Shown here: in pieces, positions 19,374 through 27,995 of the stretch
Numbering within the stretch: the first letter of the stretch is position 1
Layout of the letters: each line of letters begins with the position of its first letter
DNA from: an uncultured Mycoplasma sp.
Lineage (GTDB): Bacteria; Bacillota_I; Bacilli_A; RF39; UBA660
DNA: 64,000 nt
NCBI GenBank assembly: GCA_946554525.1
Contig: CAMNSE010000004.1
Coordinates: 8,177-72,176, forward strand
Reading direction: 5' to 3'
Program-made: the position numbers and the translations under genes
Notes under the pieces: model-generated
Seen by the model: only the letters and a program-made list of their open reading frames with translations
The model's database searches: none
Told to the model about the DNA's origin: nothing

Positions 19374-21017
19374 ATGAAAAAGAACTCATTTTTAGAAGGT
19401 TCTATTATAGCAACAATATCCCTTATTGTAGTAAGACTTTTAGGGTTATTATATGTTATTCCATTTTATGCTATTGTTGGTGCAACAGGGGCAGCATTAT
19501 ATGCTTATGCTTATAATATTTATGGTTTATTTTTGGATATATCTGCATCAGGTGTTCCTAGTGCTGTTGCTAAACTAATTAATGAGTTTAATACTTTAAA
19601 TAAACAAGAGGCAAAGATAAGAACTTTTATGATTGGCAAAAAGATATTAGGCTTTTTTGCAATAGCAGCCTTTATAGTATTATTTGTATTTGCTCCTCAG
19701 ATTTCCAAATTAATTATTCATGACATGACTGGAGGAAATACGATAGGGGATGTTACATTTGTACTTCGGTCTGTATCATTTGCACTTATTTTATTTCCAT
19801 TTTTAGGAATGAATCGAGGTTTTTTTCAAGGACATAATGTTATATCTGTTGCATCATTCTCTCAAGTAATTGAACAGGCAACAAGAATATTAGTAGTAAT
19901 ATTAGGTAGTTTTTTAGTTTTAAAAGTATTTGGTATGGATCTAAAATATGCTATTGGTATTGCCGTATTTGGAGCATTCTTAGGAGAACTTATGGCAGAT
20001 ATTTATGTTCATCATAAGCTTAAGAAACATAAAGAACAATTTTATCTCGATTATGAATTTAAGAAAAAGGATAATATTACTAACAATCAAATTATTAGAA
20101 GAATAATAAAGTATGCAATTCCTATTGTTATTATTACAGTTGCTACAACTATTTATAATAATATTGATATGATTTTAGTTTTAAGAACAATGAACAATTT
20201 AGGATTTGAAGCATATATATCTGAATTTGTAGCAACAGGTATCTCGACATGGGGAGCAAAAATTAGTGTTATAGTTACAACAATTAGTATGGGAATTTCT
20301 TCAAGTTTAGGTCCTCATTTAGTAGAGAGTTTTACTTTAAAAAACTATAAAGATGTAAATCATAAGCTTAATAAAGCTATGGAAATAGTTTTATTTATTA
20401 CAATACCAATGTGTATAGGCATATCTTTATTAAGTGACTCTATATGGACAGTATTTTATGGCCATAGTAGTATTGGAACTACATTACTTGCTATGACAAT
20501 ATTTTCTCCATTATTTGGAAATATTTATTCTATTGCAAATAATACATTACAAAGTATGAATAGATTTAAAATGGTTTATTTAAGTACAATATCTGGGTTT
20601 TTATTAAATACTTTACTTGATATTCCACTTATGCATTTATTTTACCATTTTAATCTTCCTGCTTATTGGGGCGCAATGGTAGCGACATTTTTAGGTTTTA
20701 CATTATCATATACCATAACGCTAGTATATTTAAAGAAAGCTTATCATTTTAATTATAGTGATATTGGAAAAACTTTAGGAAAAATTATTATTCCATTAGT
20801 ACCTATGATATTAGTAGTAGTTTTAATTAAATGGTTAATTCCAGTTAATTATGCATCAAGGATGTTTTGCATTTTATTTATAGCTATTTCTGCTACTGTA
20901 GGAGCGGCTATTTATTTCTTTATCTCATATAAAATGGGAATAATAGATAGTATCTTTGGTAAAGATGTCTTATCAAGAATCAAAAATAAATTTATAAAAC
21001 GCAAAAAAGAAGCTTAA
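19374..21017 (+). CDS. MOP-superfamily polysaccharide/lipid II flippase (MurJ/SpoVB/YtgP-like)
   Basis: About 14 predicted transmembrane segments and 547 aa. The N-terminus FLEGSIIATISLIVVRLLGLLYVIPF is typical of the YtgP/SpoVB group. Confidence 0.7.
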   Translation: MKKNSFLEGSIIATISLIVVRLLGLLYVIPFYAIVGATGAALYAYAYNIYGLFLDISASGVPSAVAKLINEFNTLNKQEAKIRTFMIGKKILGFFAIAAFIVLFVFAPQISKLIIHDMTGGNTIGDVTFVLRSVSFALILFPFLGMNRGFFQGHNVISVASFSQVIEQATRILVVILGSFLVLKVFGMDLKYAIGIAVFGAFLGELMADIYVHHKLKKHKEQFYLDYEFKKKDNITNNQIIRRIIKYAIPIVIITVATTIYNNIDMILVLRTMNNLGFEAYISEFVATGISTWGAKISVIVTTISMGISSSLGPHLVESFTLKNYKDVNHKLNKAMEIVLFITIPMCIGISLLSDSIWTVFYGHSSIGTTLLAMTIFSPLFGNIYSIANNTLQSMNRFKMVYLSTISGFLLNTLLDIPLMHLFYHFNLPAYWGAMVATFLGFTLSYTITLVYLKKAYHFNYSDIGKTLGKIIIPLVPMILVVVLIKWLIPVNYASRMFCILFIAISATVGAAIYFFISYKMGIIDSIFGKDVLSRIKNKFIKRKKEA

Positions 21018-21068
21018 TGAACTTCTTTTTTCTATGTAAAACATCTTGTAAATGAAATGCCCAAAATA

Positions 21069-21094
21069 TTGACTTCGGGGGGGTATGCTATTAT
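21069..21094 (+). promoter_or_regulatory. poly-G promoter cassette, copy 2 (G7, 14-nt spacer)
   Basis: TTGACT (21069-21074), TC, G7 (21077-21083), TATGC, TATTAT (21089-21094). Confidence 0.65.
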
Positions 21095-21124
21095 TTACTT
21101 ATAAAATAGTAAGGAGATAATAGT

Positions 21125-22651
21125 ATGGAGAAGAAAAAGAATATAACACTATTAGTAATAGGATTACTTGCAGTAGTAGCATTCTCATTTGGAATAAGTT
21201 ATGCCTACTTTGTAAGTAGAATTACTAAAGAAGGAGAAGGAAGCAATGTAGGTGGTTCAACTGCAACAAAACAAGATACAGTAGTAAGTACTACAGGATC
21301 TATTGGATTTACCGACACCAATATCTATCCAGGACATAAGAATATATCAAAGATTGTAGTAACAGCAACAGGAGATAGTCACGTAATATATAACTTAGTA
21401 TGGAATGGGACTAATACACTAAATACAACCATAAATTATAAGGTATATAAAGCAACAACAGAAAAGAATCCAAGCATTAAATGCGCAAAACATGAAGAAG
21501 GAACAATAAGAAAAGAGTTGTATGAGGAATGTACAGAGAACTTAACTGGATTAGGAGAGGTAATTTCTGAAGGAATGATAGAATCAACTGAAGCAAGTAC
21601 AAAAGTAAAACTAATAAGGAATGAAGAGATAGATGCGAGCAACGTAGGAGCAAAAGTATATTACTATATAGTACTAGAATATCCAAATAAAGAAGATAGC
21701 CAAAACATAGATATGAATGGTTCTTTTACAGGTAATATCAATGTAGAATTATTAGAAGAGAAAGAATATTGTACAAATGATACATGTAAATATTTAATAG
21801 CAAAGAATGAAATGGTACATGAGACATTTACAAAAGAAGATGGAACAGTAGTAGATACAGGATATAGATATGAAGGAGCAAACCCAAATAATTATGTAAG
21901 ATTCAATAATGAATTATGGAGAATAATCGGAGTATTTGAAACAGTAAATGCTGATACAAATGAAACAGAGAGTTTAGTCAAACTAATAAGAAATGAATCT
22001 ATAGGAAATATTAGATGGGATACATATGGATATTATGGATCAAATGATTGGACAGAATCAGATATCAAAACAATATTAAATGGACAATACTTAAATGGAG
22101 AAGATATAAACTATAATTATAGAAATCCTAATCATGGAGATGGCAATATTAATCCGACAGTATCAATAGCAGGTGTAAGCATCAAAGATACAGCAAGAGA
22201 AATGATTGAAAATGCAAAATGGAATATAGGAGGAGCTTCAAGTTCTTCTTCAATTGTATCAGCATTTTATATTGAAGAAAGAGGAACAACTGGAGCTAAA
22301 TCAAATCCAACCATAGCGACATGGAATGGATATATAGGGCTTATGTATCCAAGCGATTATGGATACGCAGTAGATAGCACATCATGTCCAAGAACAGCTT
22401 CGCTATGGAAATATTCCTATACTGGTTCGTGTAAAACAAATAACTGGCTATTAAATAATAACAATCAATGGATGTTAACGCCAAGTGCAGATGGTGAAAG
22501 TTCACAATATTATGTAAGCTATGACTATAACATTAATTCGCTTTATCCCGGATTAGAAAATAGCATTCGCCCAACTATATATCTGAAATCTAATGTGCAA
22601 ATAGTTGATGGAGATGGTTCACAAGAACATCCATATGAATTAACTATTTAA
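21125..22651 (+). CDS. secreted/anchored surface protein, poly-G-promoter family member 2
   Basis: AAGGAGA RBS. The N-terminal signal/anchor ends in GISYAYF. The C-terminal domain (NYVRFNNELWRIIGVF..., WTESDIKTILNGQYL, QWMLTPS, IRPTIYLK...GDGS..HPY) is homologous in layout to members 1 and 3. Confidence 0.8.
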   Translation: MEKKKNITLLVIGLLAVVAFSFGISYAYFVSRITKEGEGSNVGGSTATKQDTVVSTTGSIGFTDTNIYPGHKNISKIVVTATGDSHVIYNLVWNGTNTLNTTINYKVYKATTEKNPSIKCAKHEEGTIRKELYEECTENLTGLGEVISEGMIESTEASTKVKLIRNEEIDASNVGAKVYYYIVLEYPNKEDSQNIDMNGSFTGNINVELLEEKEYCTNDTCKYLIAKNEMVHETFTKEDGTVVDTGYRYEGANPNNYVRFNNELWRIIGVFETVNADTNETESLVKLIRNESIGNIRWDTYGYYGSNDWTESDIKTILNGQYLNGEDINYNYRNPNHGDGNINPTVSIAGVSIKDTAREMIENAKWNIGGASSSSSIVSAFYIEERGTTGAKSNPTIATWNGYIGLMYPSDYGYAVDSTSCPRTASLWKYSYTGSCKTNNWLLNNNNQWMLTPSADGESSQYYVSYDYNINSLYPGLENSIRPTIYLKSNVQIVDGDGSQEHPYELTI

Positions 22652-22728
22652 TAATTTTTTATTAAATCATAAAAATATGAGTAGAATTATACTCATATTT
22701 TTTGTATAATGAATATAGGGTGACTTAT

Positions 22729-23859
22729 ATGATATATTTAGATTATAGTGCGACAACACCAATTGGATATGAAGTGTTAGATACATATAATAGAACTAGT
22801 AAAGATTTTTTTGGTAATCCTAATTCATTACATGAACTAGGTGTTAAAGCTAAAAATCTAATGAATAGTGCAACAAAACAAATTGCTGAAATATTTAATA
22901 TTAGAGAAGATGAAATTACTTATACTAGTAGTGCTACTGAAGCTAATAATTTAGCTTTAATTGGAGTAGCCTTGCAAAATCATAAAAGAGGGAAACATAT
23001 TATTGTTTCTAAGTTAGAGCATCCTTCTGTTTATGCTATTTGTGATTATTTAGAAAGTATTGGCTTTGAGATTAGTTATGTAAAAAATGATAATGAAGGT
23101 TTAATTGATTTTGATGATTTAAAAAGTTTAATTAGACCAGATACCATACTTGTTAGTATAGTTGCAGTTAATAGTGAAACTGGAGTTAGACAACCTCTTA
23201 AAATGATTAGACAAATTGTAAAAAAAGAAAATGGACAGACTATTATTCACTCTGATATGACACAAGGAATAGGAAAAGTTAGTATGAATTTACATGACGT
23301 TGATTTAGCAACATTCTCTGGCCATAAGATTTATGGCCCTAGAGGAATAGGAGTGTTATATAAAAATAACAATGTAAATATTGCACCTATTTTATATGGA
23401 TCTGGAAAAACTAATATGTTAAATCCAGGAACTCCTGCGGTGCCCCTTATTGTCGCATTATCTAAATCAGTCAGACTTGCAACTACAGACCTTGAAAAAA
23501 GAGAAAGATTTATTGAACGTTTAAATGAAAAAATTGTAAATGCTTTAAGTAAATATGAAGGGGTTATGATAAATAAAACAAAATATTCTATTCCTCATAT
23601 TTTAAATATAAGTCTTAGAAATATTAAAGCCGAAACATTTTTACACGCTCTAGAAGAATTTGAAGTTTATGTTAGTACTAATACAGCTTGTTCTAGTGGA
23701 AATTTTTCTTCTAGTGTACTAGCTATTTATAATGATAAAGTAAGAGCAGAATCAACACTTAGAATTAGTTTATCTCATTTAACTACTACTGATGATATTA
23801 ATAAATTTATTGAATATTTTGATCAAGTGTATTGTAAATTAAGTGGGCTACATAAATAG
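22729..23859 (+). CDS. cysteine desulfurase (class V aminotransferase, NifS/IscS-like)
   Basis: Has MIYLDYSATTP..., SGHKIYGPRGIGVLY (PLP lysine) and a C-terminal active-site region. The track start TTG 22702 lies inside a TTGTATAAT promoter element, so ATG 22729 is preferred. The gene sits upstream of thiI. Confidence 0.85.
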   Translation: MIYLDYSATTPIGYEVLDTYNRTSKDFFGNPNSLHELGVKAKNLMNSATKQIAEIFNIREDEITYTSSATEANNLALIGVALQNHKRGKHIIVSKLEHPSVYAICDYLESIGFEISYVKNDNEGLIDFDDLKSLIRPDTILVSIVAVNSETGVRQPLKMIRQIVKKENGQTIIHSDMTQGIGKVSMNLHDVDLATFSGHKIYGPRGIGVLYKNNNVNIAPILYGSGKTNMLNPGTPAVPLIVALSKSVRLATTDLEKRERFIERLNEKIVNALSKYEGVMINKTKYSIPHILNISLRNIKAETFLHALEEFEVYVSTNTACSSGNFSSSVLAIYNDKVRAESTLRISLSHLTTTDDINKFIEYFDQVYCKLSGLHK

Positions 23860-23900
23860 AATATAGACATAATTTTAAATTTATGTTATTATGTATATAG

Positions 23901-23981
23901 ATGAAAGAAATTTCATACAATAAAAAAGGAACATTCAATATCTTCGTATTGAGTGTTGCCATTTGGTTTGGCATCACCTAA
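23901..23981 (+). CDS. possible leaderless 26-aa hydrophobic micro-ORF, or alternatively a non-coding sRNA
   Basis: Promoter TAGACA (23864-23869), 17-nt spacer, TGTTATTAT (-10 at 23887-23892). This places the transcription start at about the ATG at 23901. The ORF reads MKEISYNKKGTFNIFVLSVAIWFGIT and has no SD. The same RNA folds into several hairpins and ends in a terminator. Confidence 0.25.
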   Translation: MKEISYNKKGTFNIFVLSVAIWFGIT

Positions 23982-24012
23982 TTCTTATGCTAGAGTTAGG
24001 TGATTTTCTTTT
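23974..24012 (+). terminator. rho-independent terminator between convergent micro-ORFs
   Basis: TCACCTAA (23974-23981) pairs with TTAGGTGA (23996-24003), followed by TTTTCTTTT. Confidence 0.65.
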
Positions 24013-24094
24013 AAAATAATGTTACAAAAAGCAAAATTATAAGTAAAAGGATAATGATAATCAATGAAAAGATTAGAAAATCTTTCTTGTTCAT
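24011..24094 (-). CDS. 27-aa hydrophobic membrane peptide (candidate type I toxin-like)
   Basis: Absent from the ORF track because it is too short. GGAGGTGA lies 5 nt upstream of the ATG at 24094. The ORF reads MNKKDFLIFSLIIIILLLIILLFVTLF. Minus-strand promoter TTGCTT-17-TATAAT lies at about 24160-24190. Confidence 0.45.
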   Translation of the reverse strand: MNKKDFLIFSLIIIILLLIILLFVTLF

Positions 24095-24258
24095 CTTATC
24101 ACCTCCATTTCTATTTTTAGAATAAGAGGCAATCACCCAACTATTAAATGTTCCTATATTTATTATACTATAAGATTGTTATAAAAGCAATCAAATGTTT
24201 GTAAAATTATTTCTTTACAATTTATAATATTATAATGTATAATACTTTTGTGATGTAT

Positions 24259-25443
24259 ATGGAAAAAATAATTTTAATAAAATATGGAGAGTTATCTACT
24301 AAAAAAGATAATATTAATTTCTTTTTAACAAAACTAAGAGATAATATTAAATTTGCGTTAAAAGAAATAGATGCTACAGTCGATTATGATTTAGGAAGAA
24401 TGTATATACATACTTCTGAGTACGATAAAGCAATAGAGCGTCTAAAAAATGTTTTTGGTATACATGAGATGAATATTTGCTATGTAATTCCAAGTCTTGA
24501 TGTTGAAGAAGTAGGGCATCATGTAGTTAATCTTTTAAAGGCTAAAGAATTTAATACTTTTAAAGTAGAAACCAAAAGAAGTAATAAGAATATTCCTGAA
24601 ACTAGTATTTCACTTAGTAAAAAAATGGGAGGCATTATTCTTAAAAATATTCCAAATTTAAAAGTAGATGTAAATAATCCAGAAGTTTTAGTTAATATTG
24701 AGTATAGACGTGATAATACTTTAATATATTTTGATAAAGTTATGGGTATTGGAGGATATCCCTTAGGAACTCTTGGAAAAGGATTACTCATGTTAAGTGG
24801 AGGAATAGATTCTCCCGTTGCAGGATATCTTGCTATGAAGCGAGGAGTTAAAATAGAAGCGGTTTATTTTGAAAGCCCTCCTCATACTAGTAATGAAGCT
24901 AAAAATAAGGTTATGAGTCTTGCTAGAAATCTTGCCAAATATAATCATGAAGTAATAGTTCATGTTATTAATTTTACTGATATTCAAGAAGCTATTTATA
25001 AAAATATTCCTCATGAATACTTAATTACAATAATGAGGCGAATGATGTATAGAATAAGCGCAATACTAGCCAGTCGCAAGAATGCTAAAATTTTGATTAA
25101 TGGAGAATCAATTGGTCAAGTTGCAAGTCAGACTCTTACTAGTATGAATGCAATTAATGAAGTAGTTAGTATTCCGGTAATTCGTCCTGTTGCATGTTTT
25201 GATAAATTAGATATTATTGACATAGCTAAAAAGATTGGTACTTATGAAACAAGTATTTTACCTTTTGAAGATTGCTGTACTATTTTTGTACCAAAGCATC
25301 CAGTTATTAATCCAAGTAAAGAATTATGCCGCGAATATGAGAAATTGATTCCTTTTGAAGATTTAATTTATAATGCTGTAAAAACACATGAAACTATTAA
25401 GATAGTAGAAAAAGAAGAAAATGAATTCGAGGATCTACTATAG
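24259..25443 (+). CDS. thiI: tRNA 4-thiouridine(8) synthase ThiI
   Basis: MEKIILIKYGELSTKK (THUMP N-terminus) and the SGGIDSPVAGY PP-loop. Confidence 0.92.
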   Translation: MEKIILIKYGELSTKKDNINFFLTKLRDNIKFALKEIDATVDYDLGRMYIHTSEYDKAIERLKNVFGIHEMNICYVIPSLDVEEVGHHVVNLLKAKEFNTFKVETKRSNKNIPETSISLSKKMGGIILKNIPNLKVDVNNPEVLVNIEYRRDNTLIYFDKVMGIGGYPLGTLGKGLLMLSGGIDSPVAGYLAMKRGVKIEAVYFESPPHTSNEAKNKVMSLARNLAKYNHEVIVHVINFTDIQEAIYKNIPHEYLITIMRRMMYRISAILASRKNAKILINGESIGQVASQTLTSMNAINEVVSIPVIRPVACFDKLDIIDIAKKIGTYETSILPFEDCCTIFVPKHPVINPSKELCREYEKLIPFEDLIYNAVKTHETIKIVEKEENEFEDLL

Positions 25444-25480
25444 TAAAAGTTGAAGGTAATTAAACTAGTTGGGGGTATAT

Positions 25481-26524
25481 ATGACAAGAAATAAAAAAGT
25501 ATTTACTCAAGAAGAAGTAAATTACATTTTAAATAATTGGGGAAAAGAATCTGCTCATAGTATGAAAAAAAGATTTAATTGTAGTTGGGCCTCAGTTACT
25601 AAAGTTGCAACTAGTCATGGTTTAGAAGCTCCTAAGTCACAAGCATGGAGTAAAGATGATATTGATACTTTAGTTAATTTATCTGGAAAATATCATTATT
25701 ATCTTGTTGCCGATGTTCTTGAAAGAAGCAGAAACTCTGTGTATTTAAAAGCTCGAAAATTAAATATTATTTTAATTTCTTGTAGACGAAATTGGACGCA
25801 AAAAGAAGAGGAGTATTTAAAAGAAAATTGGGGATATATTCCAGTAGAAGCAATTGCGAAAAAATTAAGGAGAACAGTTTTTTCATTAAAAGTAAAAGCT
25901 GTGCGAATGAATTTAGGGCCTATGTTAGAAAATAATCAGGAAATATTAACGATATCAGAAGTGAGTGAAATTTTAAATATTTCTAGAGATACTATTATGT
26001 CTACTTGGGTAAAACTGGGTCTTAAAATACAATCTTTAAAATTAACAAATAATAAATCGTATTATGTTATTGATTTATTTGACTTGTTGAAATTCCTTGA
26101 AAAGAATCAAAATGAATGGGATTCTAGAAATGTAGAAGAATATGCTTTAGGAACTGAACCATCTTGGCTTAGAGAGAAAAGATCAAGAGATAAAATAGAG
26201 AATCCCATTTTATATCGTCGCTGGAGTGAGGCAGATATTCAAAATGCCATATGGCTATTAAGATGTGGGCTTAGTTATGAAGAAATCGCTAGTAAAATTC
26301 ATAGGACAGATACCGCTGTGCAATGTATGTTGCTTAAGTTAGGATATGCTTATCGCCTTAGCAAATTTTGGAAAGGAAAAGAATTAGAATATTTAAGAAA
26401 ACATTTCGAAACAATGAATTATAGTGAAATTGCTATAGTTTTAGGAAGAACAAAAAAAGCGGTAGAAGCGAAGGCTGAGCAAATGGGTTATTTAAGGTCA
26501 AGAGTAAAACCTAAAGGTAAATAA
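25481..26524 (+). CDS. multi-HTH (Myb/SANT-like repeat) putative DNA-binding protein
   Basis: Five repeats of the form W-[ST]-x-x-E-x-x-x-L..., for example NWTQKEEEYLKENWG and RWSEADIQNAIWLL. A central HTH (LTISEVSEILNISRDTI) is also present. ATG 25481 follows GGGGGT. Confidence 0.55.
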   Translation: MTRNKKVFTQEEVNYILNNWGKESAHSMKKRFNCSWASVTKVATSHGLEAPKSQAWSKDDIDTLVNLSGKYHYYLVADVLERSRNSVYLKARKLNIILISCRRNWTQKEEEYLKENWGYIPVEAIAKKLRRTVFSLKVKAVRMNLGPMLENNQEILTISEVSEILNISRDTIMSTWVKLGLKIQSLKLTNNKSYYVIDLFDLLKFLEKNQNEWDSRNVEEYALGTEPSWLREKRSRDKIENPILYRRWSEADIQNAIWLLRCGLSYEEIASKIHRTDTAVQCMLLKLGYAYRLSKFWKGKELEYLRKHFETMNYSEIAIVLGRTKKAVEAKAEQMGYLRSRVKPKGK

Positions 26525-27944
26525 TCGTTATGTATTTTCTATAATTGTGAACAAGCTCCTTAATAAAAATTGAGGGGTTTTTCTTTGGCACAAATAAATA
26601 GCAATAATTTTTAGTTCTTGTTAATGCTACATAAAAAAGTCTTCTTTCTTCTTCAAAAGGGTATATATCTTTTTTAGTAACATATTTTAAAATATTTTCT
26701 TCTTTTATTTTTGACGGAAGAGAATTATTATCACTGGTTAAATTAACAATTAAAATATGTTCTTCTTCTAGTCCTTTAGATTTATGAATTGTTTTAAAAT
26801 AAATATTTTTATCTTGATAAAATATTTTATCATTTTCTAATTTAAAGTTACTAAAGTAGGAATATAAATCTTGGTTATTTCTTCCTAATACCATTAAATT
26901 TTTAGGCATTATTTTCATTAATTTAATAATATCATTTTTATATTTGTAGAAATATATTATAATTGGTTTTTTAATGCTTTTACTAGATTTTAATTTCTTT
27001 TTAATTTGCCTTTTATTTTCCATAATAAAATCACCTGCAACACGAATTAATTCTTTACTATTGCGATAAGTATTTGTTAAATAGATTTTCTTAGCAGGCT
27101 TAAAGTTTTTAGTAAAATCTAAGAAATGATTAATGTCACAACCTGAGAAACGATATATGGATTGAAAATCATCACCTACAACTGTAACGTAAGCATTAGT
27201 TTTATTTTTAATTTCACGTACCAGATTTTCTCTAATTTTAGAAGTATCTTGATATTCATCTATTATAATATATCGATAAGTCTTTTGAAAATTATTTTCT
27301 TTTACTAAGCTAGTTGCTAGTGTGATCATATCATCAAAATCAATTAAACCTTGAGATTTTTTTTCTAAAATATATTGTTCTAGTATTTTTTTTATAATTT
27401 TAAGATATGGGATATCTTTCTTTTTAGCTTTTTTAATTAGCTTATCAAAATCTTTCATATTAGTATAATTACAAATAAACAAGCGGATAAACTTGATAAT
27501 GGTATTTTTATAATTTGCAAATTCAAGTGAATAAAGATAGTTTTGCTTCAAAAATAATTTTTTAAAGTATGGTTCTATACCAATAGCATAAAAAATTTCA
27601 TTAGTAACATACTCTAATAAGTCATCACTAGCAATTTTGTATGTTATTTTATTTTCATTTAATATATCCAGCGCAAGCTTATGAAATGTGTATACTTTAT
27701 TTTGTAAACCAGTTTCTTTTTTTATTTTGTCTTCAAGACTTTTAGCTGCAGCATTTGTAAAAGTTATACAAAGTATCTCGTTTATATTAATATTTAAGTT
27801 ATATACTAAATATTTTATTTTTCCTACCATAGTAAGACTCTTACCAGATCCTGCTCCAGCGATAATTATGATATTTTTATTATTTAATAATGCTGCTTTT
27901 GCCTGCTCTTTATCTAAAGTATTTCCTAAAACATTTAATTCCAT
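26511..27944 (-). CDS. compact UvrD/PcrA-like SF1 helicase (477 aa)
   Basis: Motif I AGAGSGKS, Ia TFTNAAA, II IIIDEYQDTS, III VVGDDFQSIYRFSG, IV TYRNS, V IHKSKGLEEE, VI VALTRTK. Confidence 0.85.
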   Translation of the reverse strand: MELNVLGNTLDKEQAKAALLNNKNIIIIAGAGSGKSLTMVGKIKYLVYNLNININEILCITFTNAAAKSLEDKIKKETGLQNKVYTFHKLALDILNENKITYKIASDDLLEYVTNEIFYAIGIEPYFKKLFLKQNYLYSLEFANYKNTIIKFIRLFICNYTNMKDFDKLIKKAKKKDIPYLKIIKKILEQYILEKKSQGLIDFDDMITLATSLVKENNFQKTYRYIIIDEYQDTSKIRENLVREIKNKTNAYVTVVGDDFQSIYRFSGCDINHFLDFTKNFKPAKKIYLTNTYRNSKELIRVAGDFIMENKRQIKKKLKSSKSIKKPIIIYFYKYKNDIIKLMKIMPKNLMVLGRNNQDLYSYFSNFKLENDKIFYQDKNIYFKTIHKSKGLEEEHILIVNLTSDNNSLPSKIKEENILKYVTKKDIYPFEEERRLFYVALTRTKNYCYLFVPKKNPSIFIKELVHNYRKYITIIYL

Positions 27945-27995
27945 AGTAAGTCCTTATTGTATTTATAAAAAAATATGTTAAACTAAAGTTAGTAG

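Noticed and set aside
27688-27981. 97-aa plus-strand ORF overlapping the helicase 5' region. Similar alternative-frame ORFs include 45492-45692, 30700-30984, 58070-58348, 58815-59015 and 60891-61178.
   Set aside because: All lie inside or antisense to genes with strong family motifs, and all lack RBSs. They are typical spurious ORFs of AT-rich DNA.
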